NCBI GenBank assembly: GCA_963710415.1
Contig: CAVQAH010000024.1
Location: 2,405-66,404, forward strand
DNA: 64,000 nucleotides
Direction of reading: 5' to 3'
DNA from: an uncultured Acidobacteriota bacterium
GTDB lineage: Bacteria; Acidobacteriota; Vicinamibacteria; Vicinamibacterales; 2-12-FULL-66-21
In this document: in pieces, positions 35,367 through 44,612 of the stretch
How positions within the stretch are numbered: position 1 is the stretch's first letter
How the letters are laid out: every line of letters starts with the position of its first letter
Position numbers and translations under genes: made by a program
Notes under the pieces: model-generated
Told to the model about the DNA's origin: nothing
Seen by the model: the letters and a program-made list of their open reading frames with translations, nothing else
The model's database searches: none

Positions 35367-35459
35367 TCAACTCCCAACTTCCAATTCCCAACTCCCAAAG
35401 GGTCCGGCGAAAGCCGGACCCGACGATCGTCTGGGAGTTGGACGTTCAGTTGGGAGTTG
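35367..35459. repeat. Palindromic element, CAACTCCCAA family, with central GC hairpin
   Basis: tcaactcccaacttccaattcccaactcccaaagg - gtccggcgaaagccggac - ... - tgggagttggacgttcagttgggagttga. Confidence 0.8.
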
Positions 35460-35475
35460 ATATTCTTCGAAGCCT

Positions 35476-36756
35476 ATGCGGCACTCACGTCGACAGTTCG
35501 TTCAAACATCCACCACGGTCGCGGCAGCCTACGGGCTGCCGTCGGCATCAGCAGGCCAGCGCGGCGGGCAGCGTCATCCGCCGCGCCGTCCATCGCCGCC
35601 CTCAAGCCGTTTCCCGGCAAGGCCGTTCCGATCTCGGTCGACGAGCGCAAGGCGAGGATCGAAAAGGCCCGGCGCTTGATGGTCGAGAACGGAATGGGCG
35701 CGATCGTCCTCGAGCCCGGCACGAGCATGTCTGTACTTCGTCGACGTGCGCTGGGGCCTGAGCGAGAGGCCGTTCCTGCTCGTCATTCCCGCCAAAGGCG
35801 ACCTGGCGTACGTTTCGCCCGGATTCGAAGAGGCGCGGGCACGCGAAATCACCAAGTTCACCAGCGACGTGCGCGTCTGGCAGGAAGACGAGGACTGGGG
35901 CGCCATCGTCGGCGGCATCCTCAAGGACCGCGGCGTGGCGACGGGCAAGGTCGGCATCGAGGAGCGCGTGCGGTTCTTCATCGCCGAGGGCATGCACAAG
36001 GCTTCACCGCAGGTCCAGTTCACGCTGGCGACGCCGGTGACGGCCGGATGCCGAATGATCAAGTCAGCGACCGAGATCGCGCTGATGCAGCGTGCGAACG
36101 ACATCACGATCGAGGCGTACAAGGCGGCGTTCGCGACGTTGCGCGAAGGCATCACGCAGACGGAGTTCGGCCGCAACATTCGAGCAGCATTCGATGCGCT
36201 CGGCGCGCCCGGCGGCTCGGCCGGCGTGCAATTCGGCAAGTACACCGCGTTTCCACACGGCAGCAGCACACCGCAGCAGCTGAAAGAGGGCGACGTGGTC
36301 ATGGTCGACGGCGGCTGCAGCATCGAGGGCTACCAGTCGGACATTACCCGGACGACGGTGTTCGGCAAGGCGTCGCAGCGGCAGATCGACGTCTGGAACC
36401 TGGAGAAGACCGCGCAGACCGCCGCGTTCAAGGCCGCGCAGGTCGGCGCCACGTGCGAGTCGGTCGACGCGGCGGCCCGAAAAGTGATTACCGATGCCGG
36501 TTTCGGCCCCGACTACAAGGTGCCGGGGCTTCCCCACCGCACCGGTCACGGCATCGGGATGGACGGACACGAGTGGACCAACTTCGTCCGCGGAAACAAG
36601 ACTCCGCTCGCGCCCGGCATGTGTTTCAGCGACGAACCGATGGTCGCCATCTATGGCGAGTTCGGAATCCGGCTGGAGGACTGCTTGTACATCACGGAGT
36701 CCGGGGCCAAATTCTTCACGCAACAGAGCCCGGCCATCGACAAGCCCTTCGCATAA
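35476..36756 (+). CDS. Tat-exported M24-family Xaa-Pro dipeptidase (frame breaks near 35570 and 35740)
   Basis: Tat-like N-terminus MRHSRRQFVQTSTTVAAAYGLPSASAGQ. Followed by SSAAPSIAALKPFPGKAVPISVDERKARIEKARRLMVENGMGAIVLEPGTSMS / YFVDVRWG... The catalytic part has VMVDGGCSIEGYQSDITRT, HRTGHGIGMDGHE, FSDEP and IRLED (M24 metal ligands). Confidence 0.8.
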
Positions 36757-36812
36757 CCCGCTGCCAGCTGGCACCTTCGACAGGCTCAGGGCAAGGCGCG
36801 GGCAACAGACAA

Positions 36813-37799
36813 ATGCAGTATCAACAGCTTGGAAGAACCGATCTGACCGTTTCACGGATCGGTTTCGGCGCCTGGGCGATAGGCGGCGATTGGGGAACCG
36901 TCGACGACGAGCAATCGATGGCCGCCATGCATGCGGCGATCGATGCGGGCGTCAACTTCATCGACACCGCGGATGTGTATGGAGACGGCCGCAGCGAGCG
37001 CCTGGTCGCGCGGCTCCGGAAGGAGCGCCCGGGCGACACGATCCACGTGGCGACGAAGGCGGGTCGGCGGTTGCCGAAGCAGGTGGTTGACGGGTATTCG
37101 CGGGCGAACCTGACCGAGTGGGTGAATCGCAGCCTGCGCAACCTCGAGACGGACTCCATCGAGCTGTTGCAGCTGCATTGCCCACCAGCGGCGCTCTACG
37201 AGAGCGTCGACGTCTTCGACATCCTTGACGATCTGGTCAAGGCCGGCAAGCTTCGCTACTACGGCGTCAGCGTGGAGACCGCTGACGAAGCGCTGGCAGC
37301 CATGCGCTACCCGCGCGTGCAGAGCGTCCAGATCATCTTCAACATGTTCCGGTTGAAACCGCTCGAGCGCGTCTTCCCCGAGGCGGCGCGACGGCAGGTT
37401 GGCATCCTGGCGAGAGTGCCGCTGGCAAGCGGGCTGCTGACCGGCAAGCTGCGCGCAGATTCCGTGTTCGCGCGCGACGATCATCGGAACTACAACCGGG
37501 CCGGCGAAGCGTTCGATCAGGGAGAAACGCTGTCCGGTGTGCCTTACACGCTTGGCCTTGAAGCGGTGGAGCGGCTGCGACCGCTCGTGCCGAACGGCGT
37601 GACGCTGACGCAGCTGGCGCTTCGCTGGATCCTGATGTTCGATGCGGTCACCACTGCCATTCCCGGCGCGAAGACTCCAGCGCAGGCGAAAGAAAACGCC
37701 GCCGCCGGCGCCATCGACGCGATTGACCGTGAGAGCATGGACGCCGTCGAAGCGATCTACGATGAGCTCATCCGGCCCGTCGTTCATTCACGCTGGTAG
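36813..37799 (+). CDS. Aldo/keto reductase
   Basis: Intact frame from the ATG at 36813. Motifs: MQYQQLGRTDLTVSRIGFGAWAIGGDWG...GVNFIDTADVYGDGRSE...LQLHCP...YYGVS. Confidence 0.9.
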   Translation: MQYQQLGRTDLTVSRIGFGAWAIGGDWGTVDDEQSMAAMHAAIDAGVNFIDTADVYGDGRSERLVARLRKERPGDTIHVATKAGRRLPKQVVDGYSRANLTEWVNRSLRNLETDSIELLQLHCPPAALYESVDVFDILDDLVKAGKLRYYGVSVETADEALAAMRYPRVQSVQIIFNMFRLKPLERVFPEAARRQVGILARVPLASGLLTGKLRADSVFARDDHRNYNRAGEAFDQGETLSGVPYTLGLEAVERLRPLVPNGVTLTQLALRWILMFDAVTTAIPGAKTPAQAKENAAAGAIDAIDRESMDAVEAIYDELIRPVVHSRW

Positions 37800-37815
37800 C
37801 CCGTCCCCGCCAGGG

Positions 37816-38494
37816 TCAGAAGCGCCAGACAAAGTTCACAACCGGATACGGCGGATAGTTGGTGAACAACGCGCTCGTCACACCGAAGTCCGCAAAGAAA
37901 GCGCTCTCCACCATAGCGGATGCCGCCCGACACGAGACCGCCTTCGCGCCAGATGTGATTCTCGGTGACGAACCGCGTGCGCCGGCCGATGCGCCAGTTG
38001 CCGCCAATCATGCCGTAGGCCGGGCCTCCGCCCTCGCCCGAGTAGACGCGGCCGGCGGTGACCGTCACTGCGCCCTTGGCGCCGCCGACGGTTGCTGACG
38101 CGTAGGCGACTCCGCCGACCTGTTCAGAGAGTGTTCCGAAATGCAGGATGCCGACTGCGGCGCCGAACGACTCTCGATCGATCAGCTGCGCTCTCGCCGT
38201 CGCCCAGAATGGGCCGCCGACGAGCACGAAGACCGGTGCGCCGGCACCCACGGTCAGCCGATTGGTGACACCAACCTCGAAGAACGGCATCACGATCTGA
38301 TTCACGCCGACGAAGCCCTTGCCTGCCGGTAGCGTACGAGCCGTCGGCATGAAGAAGAGCCGCGTATCGTCCATCTGGCTGGCCGTCTGAATGGGCGAGG
38401 CGGGAACCGTTTGTGCTGACGCGCGTGTGGGGAGCCCGATCATCACAGTCACGAGGACGAGCCACGATCCGATCGTCTCTTTGGACATATCCAA
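37816..38494 (-). CDS. Hypothetical exported protein, possible small outer-membrane beta-barrel (frame break at ~37910)
   Basis: Signal peptide MSKETIGSWLVLVTVMIGLPTRASAQ followed by Gly-rich alternating segments. The C-terminus in the neighbouring frame ends ...YPPYPVVNFVWRF* (terminal aromatic residue). Confidence 0.5.
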
Positions 38495-38677
38495 CCTCCC
38501 TCCGCTCGGTGGGGCCCCTTTAGATTCCCCACCTCGCTGCGCGCTCGCGGCCGCCTTCGGCGGCTGCCCTCCGGCGCTCGCTTGCCTTCAGCGTCGCAGG
38601 GTACTGCGTCCTGCACCGTGAGGAGTCGTGAGCGAACTCTGAAAAGGGAGGAAACCCGTGACAACATAGGTTCTGCG

Positions 38678-39220
38678 GTGGATCAACAGGACATTTTCGG
38701 GGTTCCCGAGGAGGCCCGCTCGACGGTCGCAGACGGCACGTTCCGAACGCTCGATCCGCGCGCAATCGGCCTGGAGCGTCTCGAGGGCTGGATCGCGACG
38801 GGCTGCGTCTCAACTGGAGCGCTGTTCGCCATCCTGGTATTCGTGATCGCCTCGGACGCGCCCGTCTGGGTCACTCCCCTGCTATCCGTCCTCTGGCTGC
38901 TCCTGACCCTCGGACTCATCTGGCACACGCTGCGCTGGCCTGAGCTCGCATTCCGGCACACGTCCTACAAGATCGACACGCTCGGCATCGAAATTCGCCG
39001 AGGGGTCATCTGGCGAACGGTCGTCAACATTCCCCGATCGCGTGTCCAGCACATTGACGTGTCTCAGGGCCCCATCGAGCGCCGGTTCGGTCTGGGCACG
39101 CTGGCGATCTACACGGCCGGAACGGCACACTCGATGGTCGCGCTCCAGGGGCTGGAGCACTCGACAGCGCTCGCCGTCCGCGACCACCTTCTGCCAGAGC
39201 GAGCCGACGATGCAGTCTGA
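38678..39220 (+). CDS. YdbS-like membrane protein with bacterial PH (bPH_2/DUF304) domain
   Basis: Two TM helices (CVSTGALFAILVFVIA, LLSVLWLLLTLGLIW), then YKIDTLGIEIRRGVIWRTVVNIPRSRVQHIDVSQGPIERRFGLGTLAIYTAG. The start (GTG at 38678) is uncertain. Confidence 0.7.
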   Translation: MDQQDIFGVPEEARSTVADGTFRTLDPRAIGLERLEGWIATGCVSTGALFAILVFVIASDAPVWVTPLLSVLWLLLTLGLIWHTLRWPELAFRHTSYKIDTLGIEIRRGVIWRTVVNIPRSRVQHIDVSQGPIERRFGLGTLAIYTAGTAHSMVALQGLEHSTALAVRDHLLPERADDAV

Positions 39221-40703
39221 GCGGCGGCTGCACCCGGCGTCATTTCTGTTCGCGCTTCTCGGACACGGGAAACAGCTGCTCGTGCCCGGACTGATCGTGC
39301 TGCTCGGGGCGCGCTCGGGTGGCGATGGATGGGAAGTCTGGGCGATGGTCCTGATCGTGCCGTATGCACTTGCCGCCATCGGCAGAACGCTGTCCTACCG
39401 CTATCGGTTCGATCCTGGGGAGCTGGTGATCCGCACGGGATTCATTTTCCGCAACGAGCGGCACATCCCATACACGCGCATCCAGAACATCGATTCCGTC
39501 CAGAACGTGCTGCACCGGCTGATGGGCGTGACCAACGTCTCCATCGAAACGGGGGGCGCCAGCGAAAGCGAGGCAACGCTCAGCGTCGTCTCGCTGGAGG
39601 CTTTCGAGGAACTCCGCTCGCGTGTTTTCGAGGAACGCGGCGTGGCGGCACCGGCGATCGCCGATGCTCGTCCGCAGACGGTCCTGCTGGACCTGAGCTG
39701 GCGCGACGTCGCGCTCTGCGGGTTGATTCAGGGGCGAGGCCTTGTGGTGCTCGGCACCATCTTCGGGCTGTTGTGGGAAGTGGGCATCATCGACCGCCTG
39801 GCAGATCCGCTGTTCGGCGAGAAGACAACCGGGCGGGGCGTGCTCACGCAACTGGTGCTGGCGTTCTTCGGTCAGGGCCTGCCACCAGCGCGCACGATGC
39901 TCGTGACGATTGCGGCGTTCGGTCTGTTCCTCGCGGTCGTCCGCCTGTTCTCCATCGCCTGGGCCCTCGTTACGCTGTACGGCTTCCGCGTCAGGCGCGT
40001 CGGCGAGGATCTTCAGATCGAGTTCGGTCTCTTGACGCGGGTCGCCGCCACGGTTCCCGTCAGACGCATTCAAGCGGTAACCGTTCAGCAGGGACCACTG
40101 CATCGGATGCTGCAGCGCGCGTCGGTGCGAGTGGACACCGCAGGTGGCGAAGGCAAGGAATCCGTGCAATCACAGCGGCATACCATCGCGCCGATCATTC
40201 GTCAGGGTGAGATTCGCGACTTCGTGCACGCCATCAACCCCGATGCGGATGTCGATCCCCAATGGAATGCTGTTCACCCGCGAGGCGTCCGCCGCGAGTT
40301 CGTCGGCTCGACCATCATGGCCCTGCTCATCACGGCCGCCACGGCGGCAATGCTTCGCTGGTGGGCAATTCCCGTGCTGGCGGCGATGCTCGGCTGGGGA
40401 TGGCTCCACGCACGAGGCTACGTGCGAAGTCTGGGATGGGCGTTGACGGAGTCGGTCGTCATTTTTCGTTCGGGATGGTTGTGGAAGGCCACGACCGTCG
40501 CCCCGCTCGCCAAGATTCAGGTCGTCAGCCTACGCGAATCACCCTTCGATCGCCGTCACCGGATGGCACGCGTTCTGGTCGACACGGCCGGCGCCGATTC
40601 GGAATCTCATCCAGTGCACATCCCCTATTTGGAACGGAACACAGCCGAGGGACTGGCGCAAGCCCTCGCGGCTCACGCCGCGCGCACGGCGTTCAGGTGG
40701 TGA
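39210..40703 (+). CDS. YdbT-like membrane protein with three bPH_2 domains
   Basis: The ATG at 39210 overlaps the upstream stop. Contains repeated ...IRTGFIFRNERHIPYTRIQNIDSVQNVLHRLMGVTNVSIETGG... type modules. Confidence 0.8.
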   Translation: MQSERRLHPASFLFALLGHGKQLLVPGLIVLLGARSGGDGWEVWAMVLIVPYALAAIGRTLSYRYRFDPGELVIRTGFIFRNERHIPYTRIQNIDSVQNVLHRLMGVTNVSIETGGASESEATLSVVSLEAFEELRSRVFEERGVAAPAIADARPQTVLLDLSWRDVALCGLIQGRGLVVLGTIFGLLWEVGIIDRLADPLFGEKTTGRGVLTQLVLAFFGQGLPPARTMLVTIAAFGLFLAVVRLFSIAWALVTLYGFRVRRVGEDLQIEFGLLTRVAATVPVRRIQAVTVQQGPLHRMLQRASVRVDTAGGEGKESVQSQRHTIAPIIRQGEIRDFVHAINPDADVDPQWNAVHPRGVRREFVGSTIMALLITAATAAMLRWWAIPVLAAMLGWGWLHARGYVRSLGWALTESVVIFRSGWLWKATTVAPLAKIQVVSLRESPFDRRHRMARVLVDTAGADSESHPVHIPYLERNTAEGLAQALAAHAARTAFRW

Positions 40704-40717
40704 GGGGGCACACTCCG

Positions 40718-40739
40718 CTCAACCTCCAAAGTCAAGCGG
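40718..40739. repeat. Half copy of the CAACTCCCAA-family element, upstream of the ferritin-like gene
   Basis: ctcaacctccaaagtcaagcgg. Compare cttcaactcccaaaagtcaagatcgg at 41474-41499 in the same orientation. Confidence 0.5.
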
Positions 40740-40977
40740 CGAGGAAGAGTTAACTCAACTTCAGCTCACTGCAGTCGAATCCCTCAGCGATCGCTTCACT
40801 GGGAATCACGAGTGGCAACGACGGTCCTTCGCCACTGATGAGCCTGCGACGCTTCACTCGCGAATACGCGTGGCACGACGGTTGCGTTCAGATTTCGCGC
40901 TGGAGCGGTGAGTTCGAGCATTCGCCCTTCCAGAGAGGACATGGCGCATGCCAACACACGGCGCGAAGGTGAAGAGG

Positions 40978-41460
40978 ATGAAGATGTCGAAGACGCAGAC
41001 GCAGAAGACCCAGAAATCACTGACCCGCGAAGCGCTCGCCGAACGACTGAACGAGGATTTGTCTCGTGAGTATCAAGCGATCATCGCGTACGTGGTCTAC
41101 TCGCAAGCCATCAAGGGCGCCGAGTTCATGAGCATCGCTGAGGAGCTCGAGAGGCACGCCGCCGAAGAACTGCAGCACGCGATTACGATCGCGAAACAGA
41201 TCGACTATCTCGGCGCCATGCCAACAGCGACGGCGCTGCCCGTGAAACTTTCGGACGATCCGATCGTGATGCTGCGGGCCGATCTGGATAACGAGAATGC
41301 GACGGTGAAACACTACCGGCAGCGGGTCAAGGAGTGCGAAGCGCTCGGCGAGTTTGCCATTGCCGAGGAAATTCGCGAGATCCTGAAACAGGAACAGGAA
41401 CATCAGATCGATCTGGCGACGGCTCTGGGTGAAGACGTGCCGGATGTCTCAAAGCTCTAG
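40978..41460 (+). CDS. Ferritin-like (bacterioferritin/Dps-type four-helix-bundle) protein
   Basis: LNEDLSREYQAIIAYVVYSQ...EELERHAAEELQHAITIAKQIDYLG...DLDNENATVKHYRQRV...EEIREILKQEQEHQIDL shows the diiron-site E/ExxH pattern. Start taken at the ATG at 40978. Confidence 0.75.
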   Translation: MKMSKTQTQKTQKSLTREALAERLNEDLSREYQAIIAYVVYSQAIKGAEFMSIAEELERHAAEELQHAITIAKQIDYLGAMPTATALPVKLSDDPIVMLRADLDNENATVKHYRQRVKECEALGEFAIAEEIREILKQEQEHQIDLATALGEDVPDVSKL

Positions 41461-41473
41461 GAGCCGTCTTCCC

Positions 41474-41499
41474 CTTCAACTCCCAAAAGTCAAGATCGG
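41474..41499. repeat. Half copy of the CAACTCCCAA-family element, downstream of the ferritin-like gene
   Basis: cttcaactcccaaaagtcaagatcgg. It forms a direct repeat with 40718-40739. Confidence 0.5.
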
Positions 41500-41608
41500 C
41501 TGAGTGTCCGAGTGTGGTGCCGGGCGGTCTGGTCGTGATTGCGGAACCGGTCCGGCGCCATCCCGTCTCACGTGTGCGAGAGTAATGTCGCAAACGTGGA
41601 GGTGCTGA

Positions 41609-42697
41609 GTGGTGGGACGAATCCCGGGACCGCGCCGGAGGGTGCTCGTCGCATTCGCCGCAGCGCTCGTGACGGTGCCCGTCGCTGCGCAGCAAGCGGC
41701 GCGGCACACCGAAGCCGGAATCCTTGCGTTGCTCAAGGAGCGGGTCGACGCCAAGCGCAGCGTCGGTATGGTCGTTGGCGTGATCGAACCTGACGGGCGC
41801 CGCGTGATCGCGTCTTATGGCGATCCCGGATCGGGCGCGATGGCGCTCGATCGCGACAGCGTTTTCGAGATCGGATCGATCACCAAGGTTTTCACGACGA
41901 CCGTCCTCGCCGACATGGTGCAGCGCGGCGAGGTCAGCCTGAGCGACCCGGTCGCGAAATTCCTCCCGTCCACCGTACGTGTCCCCTCGCGCAACGGCCG
42001 CGTCATCACCGTCGTCGACCTCGCGACACATACGTCGGGGCTGCCGCGCCTCATGACCAACCTCACACCTGCGGATCAGCGCAATCCCTACGCCGATTAC
42101 ACCGTCGAACAGCTTTACGCGTTCCTGAACGGTTACGAGCTGACGCGAGACATCGGCGCGCAATACGAGTATTCCAACCTCGGGATGGGCCTGCTCGGTC
42201 ATGCGCTGGCCTTGCGCGCGGGAAAGAGCTACGAGGCGCTGGTGACCGAGCGAGTCCTCAAGCCGCTCGGCATGCGTCACACGTCCATCACCCTCGACGC
42301 GTGGATGAAGAAACACCTCGCTCGCGGCCACGACAACTCCGGACAGCCGGCAGCCAACTGGGACGTCCGAACGATCGAGGGCGCGGGCGCCATTCGCTCG
42401 ACGATGGACGACATGTTGATCTTTGCTGCGGCGAATCTGCAGCAGGGAGCGGATCCGTTGCAACGGGCCATGGCGCTCGCGCAAACTGTCCGTGCACCGA
42501 CAGGCCGCCCGGATCTGTCCATCGCGCTCGGGTGGCACGTCCGCAGCGTCAGCGGCAATTCGATCGTCTGGCACAATGGCGGGACCGGTGGCTACCGAAC
42601 GTGGATGGGGTTCGACAAGAGCCGCAAGATCGCCGCGGTCGTGCTGACCAACTCCACGCACGGCGCTGACGATCTTGGATATGAGCTGCTGAAGTAG
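41609..42697 (+). CDS. Serine hydrolase, class C beta-lactamase / DD-peptidase family
   Basis: Signal peptide, then FEIGSITKVFTT (SxxK), YEYSNLGMGLLG (YxN) and WHNGGTGGY (HxG-like). Confidence 0.85.
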   Translation: MVGRIPGPRRRVLVAFAAALVTVPVAAQQAARHTEAGILALLKERVDAKRSVGMVVGVIEPDGRRVIASYGDPGSGAMALDRDSVFEIGSITKVFTTTVLADMVQRGEVSLSDPVAKFLPSTVRVPSRNGRVITVVDLATHTSGLPRLMTNLTPADQRNPYADYTVEQLYAFLNGYELTRDIGAQYEYSNLGMGLLGHALALRAGKSYEALVTERVLKPLGMRHTSITLDAWMKKHLARGHDNSGQPAANWDVRTIEGAGAIRSTMDDMLIFAAANLQQGADPLQRAMALAQTVRAPTGRPDLSIALGWHVRSVSGNSIVWHNGGTGGYRTWMGFDKSRKIAAVVLTNSTHGADDLGYELLK

Positions 42698-42737
42698 CGG
42701 CAGACGTCAGCGCGCGGCACGCCGGCAGCGCGGCGCG

Positions 42738-43298
42738 TCAGCGTGTCTCGGAGGGCGCCTGGAGCCGGCGCTGATGAACCTGGGCGCGATAGTTCTGCTC
42801 GAGGTGTTCGACGCCATCGGCGGTGATCTGCAGGCGGGCGTTGTCGTCTTTTGTCAGGAACTTCTTCTGTGACAGAAACCAGACGGTAAACTCCAGGTGC
42901 TCGCGGGGTCGGCCGATCAGCGCCTCGAGGTCGCCCATCCAGATCGCCGGCGACTGCGGTTCCATGCGGCGGCGCGTGTAAAGCGCCTCGAGCAGCGTCA
43001 GACGGACCATCTGTTCCATCTCGAAGTCGTCGCGGACGTCGCCAACGGTGGCGACGAGTTTGAGGCGATCCTGCCTCGCCTGCTGATGAATGATGTCGTA
43101 TCGCGCCCGCTGCTCAGGATCGCTGAGGACGGTGTATGCCTGATGGACCTCGCGGAAACGCGCGTCGTTGCCCGTTTCCCGGTTGTCAGGATGGAAGCGT
43201 TGCGCGAGATAGCGGTAGACACGATGAATCGTCTCCGGGTCGGCGCTCACGCTGACCTGAAGCACCTCGTAGTAGTCGACCGCCTTGTCATTGCCCAT
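42738..43298 (-). CDS. J-domain (DnaJ-like) protein
   Basis: MGNDKAVDYYEVLQVSVSADPETIHRVYRYLAQRFHPDNRETGNDARFREVHQAYTVLSDPEQRARYD contains the HPD motif. The C-terminal ~110 aa were not recognised. Confidence 0.8.
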   Translation of the reverse strand: MGNDKAVDYYEVLQVSVSADPETIHRVYRYLAQRFHPDNRETGNDARFREVHQAYTVLSDPEQRARYDIIHQQARQDRLKLVATVGDVRDDFEMEQMVRLTLLEALYTRRRMEPQSPAIWMGDLEALIGRPREHLEFTVWFLSQKKFLTKDDNARLQITADGVEHLEQNYRAQVHQRRLQAPSETR

Positions 43299-43375
43299 AG
43301 ACGCACCCCACTTGCAGCAGTACCGACAGCGCCCAACGGATTTCTGAGGGAACGCCGCAATCCTAGCACGTCGTC

Positions 43376-43744
43376 TCAGCGCATGCGACGGATTGTTACG
43401 TAGAGAGGACCGACCCCGAACACGAGTGTGAAGAAGTACGTGCCGCGCCCGACGCGGTTGACCACCTCGAAGAACAACTGCTCGCTGGGCGCCAGCGTGA
43501 ACGGCACGGTCTTCCACACCAGCGTATTGTGGACGCGGATGCGGTGCGGGCCAGGCTCCAGCTCGCGGGTCAGCGAATCGCCCCAGAGCAGCGTGCCGGC
43601 ATGCTCGCCGTCGATCGACACCTCGAGCTGACGCGATCCGAAATCTTCCTGTGACGTCCGAGTGACCGTCACGGACGCAGGGAACAGCTCATCCAGACGC
43701 GTGAAGTCGTCCAGCGCGTCGTCGACCAGCGCCTTCATGCTCAC
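43376..43744 (-). CDS. Hypothetical protein (122 aa)
   Basis: Open frame on the same strand, between the 245-aa hypothetical and the J-domain gene. Hydrophobic C-terminal segment GTYFFTLVFGVGPLYVTI. No family recognised. Confidence 0.45.
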   Translation of the reverse strand: MSMKALVDDALDDFTRLDELFPASVTVTRTSQEDFGSRQLEVSIDGEHAGTLLWGDSLTRELEPGPHRIRVHNTLVWKTVPFTLAPSEQLFFEVVNRVGRGTYFFTLVFGVGPLYVTIRRMR

Positions 43745-43786
43745 TAAGAGTAAACGCCGATGGCGCGACGGTGAGAAGGACGAAGA

Positions 43787-44519
43787 TCAGGCGGACAATC
43801 CGTCGGCGGCCGTGCGCACGATCGACTGACGCTGGATTTTGCTGAGGGTTGCGAGGCCTTGCTGGAGGCTGGCCACGGCGCGTTCAAGGTCCTTGCGCTG
43901 CATGCGCGACAACGGCGTGCGAGGCATCTCGTAGAGAATCATGTGGCCCGTCCAGTTCGGCCCCGACCACAGCGGGTCCACCCAGACGTACTGACAGTCG
44001 GACGCGACGCACGACCACGAGTCACGCATCTCGACAGGCGCCGCGGGTGAGGGTTTCGCCGCGCGGACGGCCCCATCCATCTCGACGAGGATCTGCTCGC
44101 ACATGAACGCCCGCAACGGTTCGGGCAGCGGTGAGAAGCGCCGCATGCCAGAGCCGATGCCGGGCGCCGTTGCGCGACCGCCCGGCGATCATCGCTCGCG
44201 GCACGACGACGAGGCGATGCAACGCCACGTGATTGCGGGGCAGGCTTGGCGCGTAGCAGAGGCTGGCCACGGCCTTCGCGAAGTGGTCACCCTCCTGCTG
44301 CAGCGCCTGTCGCGCCGGCGTCGAACGGATGAGGCTCTTGAGGTCCTGCCACAGCCGCCGGGTGGCCCTCGCCTTGGACAGAAACTGGAGTTTCAGCATG
44401 CCGGCCGCCGCATCGACGGTTTCGCTGCCGTCCGAAGTGGACAACCATTCCGAGAATGGCTCACGAGTGATGCGGCCGCGGAACTGAATGCGGCCATCCG
44501 CGATGCGGTACCAGCTCAT
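43787..44519 (-). CDS. Hypothetical protein (~245 aa; frame break at ~44150)
   Basis: ORF 44022..44519 (MSWYRIADGRIQFRGRITREPFSEWL...) continues in ORF 43787..44146 (...GIGSGMRRFSPLPEPLRAFMCEQILVEMDG...). No family recognised. Confidence 0.4.
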
Positions 44520-44612
44520 ACGCTGCGCGCTGCTTTGCGAGGTTCATGCCCGGCGCATGCATAGAGAATTCCGCGGTCCCTGCTCAGAAGCGGGCACAGT
44601 CCGCCGACAAAA

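Noticed and set aside
33489-37799. 1436-aa ORF as a giant gene
   Set aside because: It is a stop-poor GC-rich frame that passes through parts of three separate genes: the frameshifted TonB receptor, the M24 peptidase and the aldo-keto reductase. Only short stretches and the last 328 aa are real coding frame.
40835-40842. CUGAUGAG, the hammerhead ribozyme core motif, in the ydbT-ferritin spacer
   Set aside because: The downstream element reads CGAAUAC rather than CGAAAC (position 15.1 is U, not A). I could not find convincing helices I/III or a cleavage triplet, so the match is probably chance.
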